A model generated the notes under the pieces. That model had not been told where the DNA came from and searched no databases. It saw only the letters and a list, made by a program, of their open reading frames with translations. A stretch of 56,163 nt of DNA from Planctomycetaceae bacterium (GTDB lineage: Bacteria > Planctomycetota > Planctomycetia > Planctomycetales > Planctomycetaceae). The stretch covers positions 1 through 56,163 of the forward strand of contig JADHNX010000001.1 of assembly GCA_016779365.1 (NCBI GenBank). The letters run 5' to 3'. How positions within the stretch are numbered: the first letter of the stretch is position 1; the number at the start of each line of letters is the position of its first letter. Made by a program: the position numbers and the translations under genes. Positions 19,668 through 28,948 of the stretch are shown piece after piece.

Positions 19668-20999
19668 ATGAAGCTGAGCGCTCTGTTGATTTCTGTCGTC
19701 TGCGTGTTGTTTTCCTGCACGCTTCGAGGAGCTGAGCCGCTCGCACAGCAGTACGTCGTGGTTCACAAAGTTCGTGATCTGGACGATCCGGCAAAGGCGG
19801 TGTGTGTCGGAACGCCCGACATTTTGCAGTTGCCGTCGGGGCGGCTGATTGCCTCGATGGAATTGTGGCTCAAGCGGCCCACGTCCGGTGACGAAGGCGG
19901 CATCGACTATCCCAACCATTGCAAGATCAAAGCCAGCGACGACGGCGGAAAGACGTGGCGCCAGATCTCGACCAACGGCATCACGTGGGGTTCGCTGTTC
20001 TACGCGAACGACGCATTGCACATGATCGGCAACGATCCGCACAAGAGAGACATCCGTATCATTCGTTCGCCTGATGATGGCCGGACGTGGTCGGAGCCGG
20101 TGACGTTGTTTGATGACTCGCGTTACCACGGTTCGGCCACGCCGGTGCATGTCAAAGACGGGTTCGTCTACCGGGCATTTGAAGACATGACTCGTGGTTC
20201 GGCGTCACTGGTGGTGGCGGGCGATCTGTCCAAAGACCTGCTCGATCCGGCGGCGTGGCGAATGTCGAACAAGGTCGAACCGCCTCGTGAGACGCCGTCA
20301 CTGTCACGCGGCGCCGCGACAAACAAAGACGGGCGTGACTCGGGTGGCAACTGGTTTCTGGAGGGCAACGTCATCGAGATTCGGGGGGAGTTATACGTGT
20401 TGCTGCGAACTCGTATCGACGTGCAACTGACGGCCGGTATGACCTCGGTGTGCAAGCTGGAAGACGATGGCCAGACGATGAAATACCGCTTCCTGCAGTT
20501 CTATCCCATGCCGGGCGGGCAGAATAAATTCAAGATCATCTTCGACGAAAAGTCCGGCCTTTTCTGGACGTGCAGCACGATCGTGCCCGAGCCGTATCAG
20601 CCGCTTAGTCCGCTCGCCGACCGCGGATTTTCCGGGACGCCGGGGAACATGCGGCGCATCTTGATGCTCAACTACAGCATCGACGGGCTTAACTGGTTTC
20701 AGGCCGGTTGCGTGGCGATGAGCAAAAACCCGCTGGAGTCGTTTCACTATTCGTCACAGGTGATTGTTGGAGACGACCTGCTGGTGCTGTCACGCAGCAG
20801 CATCGGTGCGGCCGATCGGTATCGCGACTACACCTGGAATTCCGGCATCGCCTCCGGCAAGGCGAAGCTTCCCTATAACAATCACGACTCGAACATGATC
20901 ACGCTGCACCGCGTGAAGAACTTCCGATGGTTGGCGCTCGATATCAGGCTGGATTTCGAGGCGTCGGCGGCGAGCGATGAGAAAAAACGACATGAGTGA
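19668..20999 (+). CDS. BNR-repeat (sialidase-like) secreted protein
   Basis: The ATG at 19668 gives a signal peptide MKLSALLISVVCVLFSC. Asp boxes ASDDGGKTW and SPDDGRTW. No RIP motif is seen, so catalytic status is unknown. Confidence 0.65.
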   Translation: MKLSALLISVVCVLFSCTLRGAEPLAQQYVVVHKVRDLDDPAKAVCVGTPDILQLPSGRLIASMELWLKRPTSGDEGGIDYPNHCKIKASDDGGKTWRQISTNGITWGSLFYANDALHMIGNDPHKRDIRIIRSPDDGRTWSEPVTLFDDSRYHGSATPVHVKDGFVYRAFEDMTRGSASLVVAGDLSKDLLDPAAWRMSNKVEPPRETPSLSRGAATNKDGRDSGGNWFLEGNVIEIRGELYVLLRTRIDVQLTAGMTSVCKLEDDGQTMKYRFLQFYPMPGGQNKFKIIFDEKSGLFWTCSTIVPEPYQPLSPLADRGFSGTPGNMRRILMLNYSIDGLNWFQAGCVAMSKNPLESFHYSSQVIVGDDLLVLSRSSIGAADRYRDYTWNSGIASGKAKLPYNNHDSNMITLHRVKNFRWLALDIRLDFEASAASDEKKRHE

Positions 21000-21066
21000 T
21001 TGATCGATCAATCCGAGATGGCGAAAGTCGCCTGTTCATTGCTAAACGCAGTGTGTGACTGGACCA

Positions 21067-21723
21067 TCACACCAGGCCTTCGCGAAGGGCTTTGGCGACG
21101 GCGCCGCCGACGGTGTTGACGTGCAGCTTGGCGTAGATGCGGCGGACGTAGTTGTCCACGGTGTGCAGGCTCAAATCCAAACGAACGGCGATTTCCTTTT
21201 TCGTCAGCCCGTCAGCAAGCAGAGTGAGGACTTCGCGTTCCCGGTCGGAGAGGTCTGAATCTGTTTTCGATGGAGCAAGCTGGCTGAATCTGTTCAGCAC
21301 GCTACGGGCAATCTCCGGCGTCATCGGCGCTCCGCCAGCAGTAACTTCCTGGACCGCTGCGACAATGCGTTCCAATGGTTCTGACTTCAGCAGATAGCCG
21401 GATGCGCCGGCACAGATCGCCTCAAAGACGCGCTGTCGGTCGTCGAAAACGGTAAACATAACGATGTCGGTGGCAGGGCTGAGATCCTTGTATTTGCTCA
21501 GTCCTTCCAACCCGGACATGCCTGGTAGTCCAATGTCGAGGATAATGACATCCGGACGCGGCGTGTTGGGCGTCTGCAACTCTTTCAACGAGGCTTCACA
21601 CGATGCGAATGCTTCGACGTGGCCGCAGGCGGAAACTTCCAGAGCTTCCTGCAAGGTCGTGCGCAGATCCGGATGATCCTCAACGATCCAAACAACGCTC
21701 GATGTATGTGCACGCCTGCTCAT
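21067..21723 (-). CDS. NarL/FixJ-type response regulator (REC + LuxR HTH)
   Basis: VWIVEDHPDL...DVIILDIGLPGMSGLEG (receiver domain). LSDREREVLTLLADGLTKKEIAVRLDLSLHTVDNYVRRIYAKL (LuxR HTH). The ATG at 21723 is 8 nt after the kinase stop. Confidence 0.9.
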   Translation of the reverse strand: MSRRAHTSSVVWIVEDHPDLRTTLQEALEVSACGHVEAFASCEASLKELQTPNTPRPDVIILDIGLPGMSGLEGLSKYKDLSPATDIVMFTVFDDRQRVFEAICAGASGYLLKSEPLERIVAAVQEVTAGGAPMTPEIARSVLNRFSQLAPSKTDSDLSDREREVLTLLADGLTKKEIAVRLDLSLHTVDNYVRRIYAKLHVNTVGGAVAKALREGLV

Positions 21724-21730
21724 AGAGAAT

Positions 21731-23725
21731 TCAACCTTTGGAAAATGGAACCGAGAGACGCACCGTCGTGCCCTCGCCAGGTTCACTCCTGAAGTCCAAT
21801 GAGGCCCTTAACAGCGCCGCTCGCTGTTCGAGATTCTCCAACCCTGTTCCGCTGGTGTCGCGCGACGCGGCTGTGTCAAATCCTCGCCCGTTGTCCTCGA
21901 CTTCCATAACAAGCGTCTCACCCCAGTCGAAAGAGACGCGGATGTTTTCTGCTTCGCTGTGCCTGCGGGCATTCGTGAGAACCTCTTTGAGAAATGTCAC
22001 CACGTTTCTTGACCATTCGATGGCCGGTTTCCCTTCAGGCGGCTCGCCTTCAACGACGATTTCATGCTTCACTCCATCCAGTATCCTGCTGGAAATCGAC
22101 TGTAACCGATGTGACAGCTCGCTCCAGTTGCTCGCCCTGGGCGCCAGTAACCAGATAACGTCTCGCATTTGGTCAAGTGTCTGTCTGGCTCCGGCTGAAA
22201 TGGCGGCGAGCCGTTCCGGTCCGAGTGCGCCGCGCAGGAGCTGTTGCTGAGCCAGATCGCTCTGGATGGCCAGATGGCTCAGGCTGGCGCCAATTTCGTC
22301 ATGCAGATCGCGAGCGATTCGCGACCGCAGTTCTTCCTGAACGCGAGCAGCACGGGCACGCAACCACAGAAACCCGATCAGCCCCAGAAGACTGATGACA
22401 AGCGTGGAACCGATAGCGCCCCAGAGGAGTCGTTGTCGCAGCGTCTCCCGCCGGATTTGAATTGAGAGCTGAACGTGTCGCAGCTCTGCCCGAAGCGCCT
22501 CAGCACGCTCGATCCCTGTCAGCCAGGCAGGCCAGTCGAGCAGTTCTTCACGGCTTGAGTATCCATCGGTCAGTGCTGTCGGCGTCCAGCCAGGCTCGGT
22601 CGAGCTGCTGGAGCACTCGACGGGCCGCCCGGCCGCCAAGTTCTTACCCTCGCGCCACACCTGCAACTCACTCATTGCCATCAGATACTCTTCCGGGCTG
22701 CGACCACTGCCTGGACCACGCCTCCACAGCGCTTCACAGGTAATGCGAATTCGCTGAGCCGTCAGGCCGGGTGTGGCAAACATCAATTGCGCCGATCCGG
22801 GATTGGGCAACGCTTCGCCCGGGTAGGGTGGTTCGAGTTCATTGAGAATCTCCGTCGCATCCGCAGTGCCGGCATCGGCCAGCACGCGAAAATGCGTGGG
22901 GAATCCGAATCCCGGCTGGTCTGCAAAATCTCGTGGATACGCGGTAACCAGATGGACTTCGTCAATCGGTTGTGAGACTCCCAGATCCACTTCGACCCAG
23001 ACGTCGTCGGACACCACGGCGCGGCTCACGATCTCGCTGCGATATCCGTTGGTGGGCGATGGCTCCGTGCCTCGCAACGGCAGGCACCAGATATAGCCGT
23101 CTGTCAGATTGCGGGCTTCCCAGCGGCGCGATATCTCTGTCGAAGCGGTGCTGGTCACGGGACAACTAAGCGCTACGTTTTGTCCTCTTTCGAGAACGAC
23201 GACCTCACCCAGGCGATAATATTGCCGACCCGGCTGCAGCGGATCGTCGCGAAAGCCGGTCACAAGTATCCGCAGGAATCGTCCCGAGGTCCCATTGCCC
23301 TTGAAGCTGAGAAAGTCGATCCGCTCGCCGGCGCTGACCGCCTCTTCCTTCCAGCGAGCAACGTGAACGCTCGTCGAAAAGCCTTTGTCAGACGAAATGT
23401 CAATCTGCAACGAGGATGGAAAGCCCGCTGACGGCGGATCACCGGCGATAGCCGGTCGAGCGGGAAACAGGACGATCTTCTCCGGCGTAACCTCGCGACC
23501 GAAATGGACAATCACCCACGCCGATTCGGCCGCATGGCCATGAAATCCAATTCGTCGATGTGTCTGCAACGACGGAATCATCTTTGGCAGCATCTTCAAC
23601 TCCTGCTGGATTACCCGCAGACGCGAGTCGGATGCAGGAACTTCTTCGCCGCGCGCAACCCTATCGTTCGCACTCGTCAGAGCGAGCAATGATAAGGCCA
23701 GGATTCCAGTCGCCACCGTACTCAT
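21731..23725 (-). CDS. Sensor histidine kinase (HisKA_3 + HATPase_c) with a large extracytoplasmic discoidin/F5-F8-type-C-like sensor
   Basis: Signal/TM segment, about 400-aa periplasmic region, TM segment LLWGAIGSTLVISLLGLIGFLWL. RIARDLHDEIGASLSHL (HisKA_3 H-box). NARRHSEA...VEDNGRGF...GTGLENL (ATPase). Sensor shows ..W.ARNLTDGY.. VWVEVDLGVSQPIDEVHLV.. discoidin-like blocks. Confidence 0.85.
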   Translation of the reverse strand: MSTVATGILALSLLALTSANDRVARGEEVPASDSRLRVIQQELKMLPKMIPSLQTHRRIGFHGHAAESAWVIVHFGREVTPEKIVLFPARPAIAGDPPSAGFPSSLQIDISSDKGFSTSVHVARWKEEAVSAGERIDFLSFKGNGTSGRFLRILVTGFRDDPLQPGRQYYRLGEVVVLERGQNVALSCPVTSTASTEISRRWEARNLTDGYIWCLPLRGTEPSPTNGYRSEIVSRAVVSDDVWVEVDLGVSQPIDEVHLVTAYPRDFADQPGFGFPTHFRVLADAGTADATEILNELEPPYPGEALPNPGSAQLMFATPGLTAQRIRITCEALWRRGPGSGRSPEEYLMAMSELQVWREGKNLAAGRPVECSSSSTEPGWTPTALTDGYSSREELLDWPAWLTGIERAEALRAELRHVQLSIQIRRETLRQRLLWGAIGSTLVISLLGLIGFLWLRARAARVQEELRSRIARDLHDEIGASLSHLAIQSDLAQQQLLRGALGPERLAAISAGARQTLDQMRDVIWLLAPRASNWSELSHRLQSISSRILDGVKHEIVVEGEPPEGKPAIEWSRNVVTFLKEVLTNARRHSEAENIRVSFDWGETLVMEVEDNGRGFDTAASRDTSGTGLENLEQRAALLRASLDFRSEPGEGTTVRLSVPFSKG

Positions 23726-23891
23726 CGCATTATTCTACCAGGTTCGCTGCCGAAATCCGTGTGACGTGATCTCGTGGCATGAGCGGCCACCCGAGCTCTG
23801 CTAGAATTGAAAGAACAATAAGGGGATGTTGATGTGTCCGATAGAAGTCCGCAGCATGCACTACGCTAAAGAATTAGGGGATTCCAAAGTC
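23726..23891. promoter_or_regulatory. Divergent intergenic region between the kinase operon (minus) and the DUF1552/DUF1592 genes (plus)
   Basis: This is the only sizeable divergent non-coding gap in the left 49 kb. It is locally AT-richer (ctagaattgaaagaacaataagg). No specific promoter boxes could be assigned. Confidence 0.35.
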
Positions 23892-25157
23892 ATGAACTCA
23901 CGCTTTTCTCGCAGGCAGATATTGAAGGCGGGTTCGGCCATGCTGGCGTTGCCGTGGCTGGAAACTTTCGCGCGGGCCGACGAGAAGACTCCGCCCAAGC
24001 GGATCATCTCGATCTGCACCAGCTTTGGGCTGTATGGACCTTCGTTCTTTCCCGAACAGGCGGGCAAGGACTACAAACCCAGCGAGTATCTCGAAGTCCT
24101 TGGCGATTTGCGCAAAGACTTCACCGTGTTCTCGGGCATCTCGCATCCGGAGATTGGCGGCGACCATGCGTCCGAAGCCTGCTTTCTGACCAGCGCGAAA
24201 CACCCGACGCGCCCGGGGTTCCGCAACACGGTGTCGCTGGACGTCCTCGCCTCGCAGCACGTCGCCGGGGCCACGCGGTTCCCGCTGATGACGCTCTCGA
24301 CCCTGGATGGGAGTCCGCTGTCGTACACTCCGACCGGGGCAGCCATTCCGGCATTGAGCACCCCCTCGCAGATCTACGCCCGGATGTTCCTCGCGGGGAG
24401 CCAGGGGGATGTGGACAAGGAACTCGCTCGGCTCAAACGCGGCAAGAGCATGCTGGATCGGATGCGAGAACGGCTGGGCCAATTGGAGAAATCGGTGAGC
24501 CACCACGATCGCCAGCAAATCGCCGACTACACGGAAGCGGTGCGCAATCTGGAAAGGCAAATGGTTGCCGAAGAAGCCTGGGTGAAGCGGCCCAAGCCGA
24601 CCGTCACCGAGCCGGCCCCAAATGAGAATTATCCCAGCCCGTTTGCCAATCGCAGCGACAGCATCGGCCGCGCGAAAGTGCTGTTTCAACTGGCCAAACT
24701 GGCGGTCCAAACGGATTCGACGCGAGTCGTTTCGATTTTCATCCGAGGCATGGACGAGAAGCCGCCGATCGACGGCGTCAACGAGGGGCATCATGGTCTG
24801 ACGCATCACGGCCGGAATCCCGAAAAGATCGAACAACTGAAGATCGTCGAGAAGGTCACGATGGGGGCGTTCCGCGAGTTGCTGGTCTCGTTGCGAGACA
24901 CGAAGGAAGGGACGGCAAGTCTGCTTGATTCCACGCAGGTTCTCATCGGCAGCAATCTCGGCGACGCCAGCGGCCACGGGACAACCAACTTGCCGATCAT
25001 GTTGGCGGGGGGCGGCTATCGGCACGGTCAACATATCGCTGGAGATACGGGGAACAACACCCCGCTGGCGAAGCTGTACGTCAACATGCTGCAGAAGTTT
25101 GGCGTGCCAACAGACAAGTTCGGCTCCGGCGCCGGCACCATTACGGAACTGAGTTAA
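23892..25157 (+). CDS. DUF1552 protein
   Basis: N-terminus MNSRFSRRQILKAGSAMLALPWLE. EGHHGLTHHG motif. Followed by a DUF1592-type partner. The start is chosen at the ATG giving the signal-like N-terminus; 23826 or 23856 are possible. Confidence 0.75.
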   Translation: MNSRFSRRQILKAGSAMLALPWLETFARADEKTPPKRIISICTSFGLYGPSFFPEQAGKDYKPSEYLEVLGDLRKDFTVFSGISHPEIGGDHASEACFLTSAKHPTRPGFRNTVSLDVLASQHVAGATRFPLMTLSTLDGSPLSYTPTGAAIPALSTPSQIYARMFLAGSQGDVDKELARLKRGKSMLDRMRERLGQLEKSVSHHDRQQIADYTEAVRNLERQMVAEEAWVKRPKPTVTEPAPNENYPSPFANRSDSIGRAKVLFQLAKLAVQTDSTRVVSIFIRGMDEKPPIDGVNEGHHGLTHHGRNPEKIEQLKIVEKVTMGAFRELLVSLRDTKEGTASLLDSTQVLIGSNLGDASGHGTTNLPIMLAGGGYRHGQHIAGDTGNNTPLAKLYVNMLQKFGVPTDKFGSGAGTITELS

Positions 25158-25183
25158 TCAGCGAGTGGAATTGCTCTGAAACA

Positions 25184-25200
25184 GGCCGTTAAACGAATCA
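25184..25200. repeat. Half-copy (right end only) of the family A palindromic element
   Basis: ggccgttaaacgaatca matches the right terminus agccgttaaacgaatca of copy 1 (5660-5676). No left arm is present. Confidence 0.4.
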
Positions 25201-25215
25201 TAAGTTGAAGTCATC

Positions 25216-27651
25216 ATGCGACAGTTCATCCTTTTTCTTTTGCTGATACACCTGCCCCCTGGGATCACCCTTGCTGACGATGCTGCAAAGACTTTCCAAC
25301 AGCGCGTATCGCCTATCCTCAAAGCGGCATGCACGAACTGCCACGGCGGCTCGAGTCCTGAGGCTGGTCTCGGACTGGGTGGCAACCCGACGATTGACGA
25401 ACTCAGTACCAGCTACCACCACTGGTTCAAAGTTGCCGATCAAGTGGAAATCGAAACGATGCCTCCAGAGGGCGAAGGCACGCTCGACGCGAAAGACAAA
25501 CAAACGCTGCTCGGTTGGATTCGCGGTGACCTCACCAACTTACTCGTTGCTCGACAACGCAAGGAAGGCCGCAGCAAACTTCGGCGGCTCTCGCGAAACG
25601 AATACGCCAACACCGTCCAGGACATTTTCGGGATCCGCCCTCCCGTCAAGAAACTGATGCCCGGCGATGGCCGTGTGGATGGCTATGATCGAGTCAGCAC
25701 GGCTTTGCCTTTCTCGACGGCCGTCACGGAGGGGCAGCTCGCGATCGCCGAGTTGATCGTGGACAAGATGTTGCAAGTGCCTGAAGGGAAGACGACGATC
25801 CGGCTCTGGGCCAACGATACCGGTCAATCCAAAGGTCACGCCCTGGAGCTGCCTGATGGCTGGTGGGTGTCGTTCAACTCCGACTCCACTTCGGGGCGGT
25901 TGAACAAAGAGGCGCCCGACGGCAGGCGGATCTACTTTCCTGGGCCGCGCAAGCCCGGCCTGCACCGCCTGCGGATGCACATCTATGGATACCAGACCGA
26001 CAAGCCGCTGCCCGTCGGAATCTATGCCGGGCACGTGTGGGCATATCCGCAGATCCTGGAACTGCTCAAGGTCGTGGATGCTCCACCAGGAAAGCCTGCT
26101 ATCGTGGAAGCCGACGTCTATCTACGAACCGGCTGGAATAGCGACGGTCCCAGCGACGACGGGATCCGTTTGATCCCGCTGGGGCTCGGGGTGCCGGTGC
26201 CGAAGAACAACCTGGCGTCCGTCCTGGGCAAAGGTCGTCCGGGGCTGGCCATCCAGTGGGTCGATGTCGTGGAACTCGAAGAGACGCTGCCGGGCCAGCG
26301 GCTCTTGATGGCAGAAATGCCAGCGGCAATCCAGCAAGCCTTCAAGCAGAATGCCACGCTGAAAAACGCACCGAAGCTCTCGCCGGATGAAATCCAGGCG
26401 TTTGTGACAAAATCGTTCGGCGCGATTGGCGCCCGATTGTACCGACGTGATCTCAACGAGCAGGAACTCTCGGCCAGCGTCAAGAACTACATGGAAGCGG
26501 TCGACGCGGGAATGCCACTCAAGCAGGCGTTCGTGACGGAGGTGGCCGCCATGATGACCGCACCCGATTTCCTGTGCGTGGTGGAGAACCCCGGCAGGCT
26601 CACCGAATTCGCCCTCGCCTCGCGGCTGTCGTATTTCCTCTGGAACTCCACCCCCGACGAAGAACTTCTCGAAGTCGCTCGAAACGGACAACTCTCCGAT
26701 CCGCAAGTGTTGCGGGCTCAGACGGAGCGACTCCTGAGGGATGCAAAATCTGAGCGGTTCGTGAAGGATTTCCTCGACCAGTGGCTCGGCCTGTGGGGCA
26801 TCGACAACACGACGCCCGACAAGGACCTCTATCCCGAGTACGACGACCTGCTGAAGTTCTCCAGCGTCATGGAAACGCAGGCCACGTTCCGCCACATGCT
26901 CGACAAGAATCTCAGCGTTCGCGACTTCGTGGCCCCGCGTTGGGCGATGCTCAACGACCGTCTAGCCAGGCACTACGGCATCCCTGGTGTCCAGGGATTC
27001 GCGATCCGCGAAATCCAGCTACCCACTGACACGCCGTTCGGCGGAATCTGGACTCAGGCTTCCACCATGAAAGTGACCGCAAACGGCACCCTGACCTCAC
27101 CGGTCAAGCGGGGCGTGTGGGTCGCCGACCGTCTGTTGGGAATCTCGATACCGCCTCCGCCCCCAACTGCGGGTGCGGTCGATCCCGACACTCGCGGCGC
27201 GAGTACTTTGCGTGAGCAACTCGCATTGCACAGCAAAGAGGGAAGCTGCAAAGCCTGTCACGCGCGATTCGATCCGTACGGTTTCGCGCTGGAGAGCTTC
27301 GACGTGATGGGGAATTTCCGCACGAGTTACCGTGTCCTCACCGACTCCACATCCGGGGAGAAATCGAAGCAGAAGTGGATCGACGGCCTTCCGGTCGATT
27401 GCACCGGAACAACGCCTGACGGCAAGGACTTCGCAGACGTGCGCGAGTTACGCGCGATGCTGGCAGAGAATCCCGCTGAACTGGCGCGAGGCGTCGTGCG
27501 TCATCTTCTGACCTACGCCACCGGCGAACCAGCGACGCCGATCGACCAGCCAGCGATTGACGCGATCGTCCGCGACGCGGCCAGGGACAACTACGGCCTG
27601 CGTTCGCTGCTCCATGGCGTGATCCAGAGCGAGGTCTTTCGATGGAAATGA
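25216..27651 (+). CDS. DUF1587/DUF1592/DUF1595/DUF1588/DUF1585-type protein with heme-c motif
   Basis: Signal peptide. CTNCHGG. RRLSRNEYANTVQDIFG. LASRLSYFLWNSTPDEELL. C-terminal CKACHARFDPYGFALESFD. Confidence 0.8.
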   Translation: MRQFILFLLLIHLPPGITLADDAAKTFQQRVSPILKAACTNCHGGSSPEAGLGLGGNPTIDELSTSYHHWFKVADQVEIETMPPEGEGTLDAKDKQTLLGWIRGDLTNLLVARQRKEGRSKLRRLSRNEYANTVQDIFGIRPPVKKLMPGDGRVDGYDRVSTALPFSTAVTEGQLAIAELIVDKMLQVPEGKTTIRLWANDTGQSKGHALELPDGWWVSFNSDSTSGRLNKEAPDGRRIYFPGPRKPGLHRLRMHIYGYQTDKPLPVGIYAGHVWAYPQILELLKVVDAPPGKPAIVEADVYLRTGWNSDGPSDDGIRLIPLGLGVPVPKNNLASVLGKGRPGLAIQWVDVVELEETLPGQRLLMAEMPAAIQQAFKQNATLKNAPKLSPDEIQAFVTKSFGAIGARLYRRDLNEQELSASVKNYMEAVDAGMPLKQAFVTEVAAMMTAPDFLCVVENPGRLTEFALASRLSYFLWNSTPDEELLEVARNGQLSDPQVLRAQTERLLRDAKSERFVKDFLDQWLGLWGIDNTTPDKDLYPEYDDLLKFSSVMETQATFRHMLDKNLSVRDFVAPRWAMLNDRLARHYGIPGVQGFAIREIQLPTDTPFGGIWTQASTMKVTANGTLTSPVKRGVWVADRLLGISIPPPPPTAGAVDPDTRGASTLREQLALHSKEGSCKACHARFDPYGFALESFDVMGNFRTSYRVLTDSTSGEKSKQKWIDGLPVDCTGTTPDGKDFADVRELRAMLAENPAELARGVVRHLLTYATGEPATPIDQPAIDAIVRDAARDNYGLRSLLHGVIQSEVFRWK

Positions 27652-27678
27652 CATCGTTTTTCATTTGAAAGGAACTTT

Positions 27679-28908
27679 ATGATCGAACACTCATTCACAC
27701 GTCGTGACTTTCTCGCTGCAAGCACGGCTGCTGCTTCGCTTCTGTCCGTCGAGTCAGCTCGTGGATTCCGGGCCAATGACACGTTGAACGTTGCCTGCCT
27801 GGGAACAGGCGGCCGATCGCAGCGAATTCTGATGACACGGTTGGCGCAGATTCCCAATACTCGCATCGCGGCAGTCTGTGACGTGTGGGATACGAATCTC
27901 AAAGCCGGAGCGAAACTCGCTGACGCAAAGGCCATCCTCGAAGACACGGACTTTCGGCGGTTACTCGACAGATCCGACATTGACGCCGTTGTGATTGGCG
28001 CACCCGACCACTGGCACGTTCCAATGACCATCGCCGCGTGTGAGGCGGGCAAGGACGTTTATGTCGAGAAGCCGCTGACGCATGATCTGAGCGAAGGCAA
28101 GGCGGTGATTTCCGCCCAGAATAAACACGGTCGAATCGTGCAGGTGGGCACGCAACAACGGAGCATGCCGCATTTGTTGGAAGCTCGCGAGGTTTTGCAG
28201 TCGGGAGTGCTGGGAAAAGTTCACAAGATTCACTTGTCATGGAATCGCAATACGCCGCGCTGGCAACGCACGAAGTACGGGATCGATCCGGCCAGCGTTC
28301 GCTGGAAACAGTTTTTGGGCAACGCGCCGGAACAACCGTTTGACGAATACCGAATGCGCAATTGGCGTTGGTTCTGGGATTTTGGCGGCGGTATTTTTAC
28401 CGATCTGATGGTTCACTGGATCGACACTGCCTATTGGATGCTCGATATGGACAACCCGGCGACGGCGATGAGCATCGGCGATCACTTCGCGTCAAAGGGA
28501 TTGTGGGAAACACCGGACACCGTTCAGACACTGCTTCGTTATCCGGACAAACAACTGCAGGCGTATTTCGAAGGCACGTTCGTCAATCATCAGAACCGGG
28601 CCTCGCTGACGTTTCTGGGGACAGACGCCAACCTGTATTGCGACCGCGGTCGGTATGAAGTTCGTCCCGAACGCGGAAGCAAGGTGAAACCTCGCCAGCG
28701 AATCGATGGCAAACGCGACATTCTCGGCCTGGATTTCTACGACGAAGTAGACGGTGCGTTGTATCACCTGCGCGAGTGGGTCGATTGCGTGCGGACTCGC
28801 AAGAGGCCGTCCTGTCCCGCCGAAGATGGTGTGCGCTCAGCCGCGGCCGCTCATCTGGCGAATCTCTCTTATCGCCAAGGTGCGGTCGCACGATGGTCTG
28901 ATATTTAA
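27679..28908 (+). CDS. Gfo/Idh/MocA-family oxidoreductase with Tat-type signal
   Basis: RRDFLAASTAAAS twin-Arg signal. LNVACLGTGGRS Rossmann motif. VVIGAPDHWH...AGKDVYVEKP motif. Confidence 0.85.
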   Translation: MIEHSFTRRDFLAASTAAASLLSVESARGFRANDTLNVACLGTGGRSQRILMTRLAQIPNTRIAAVCDVWDTNLKAGAKLADAKAILEDTDFRRLLDRSDIDAVVIGAPDHWHVPMTIAACEAGKDVYVEKPLTHDLSEGKAVISAQNKHGRIVQVGTQQRSMPHLLEAREVLQSGVLGKVHKIHLSWNRNTPRWQRTKYGIDPASVRWKQFLGNAPEQPFDEYRMRNWRWFWDFGGGIFTDLMVHWIDTAYWMLDMDNPATAMSIGDHFASKGLWETPDTVQTLLRYPDKQLQAYFEGTFVNHQNRASLTFLGTDANLYCDRGRYEVRPERGSKVKPRQRIDGKRDILGLDFYDEVDGALYHLREWVDCVRTRKRPSCPAEDGVRSAAAAHLANLSYRQGAVARWSDI

Positions 28909-28948
28909 CGAGATACGCGTTAGCTCCGATGAAAAAAGGAAACTCGAT

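Noticed and set aside
20998-21013. Perfect 16-bp palindrome gattgatcgatcaatc overlapping the stop codon of the BNR gene, followed by the small hairpin ggcga/tcgcc
   Set aside because: It is AT-rich, short, a single copy, and has no U-tract. It could be a weak bidirectional terminator or operator in the convergent gap, but the evidence is insufficient.
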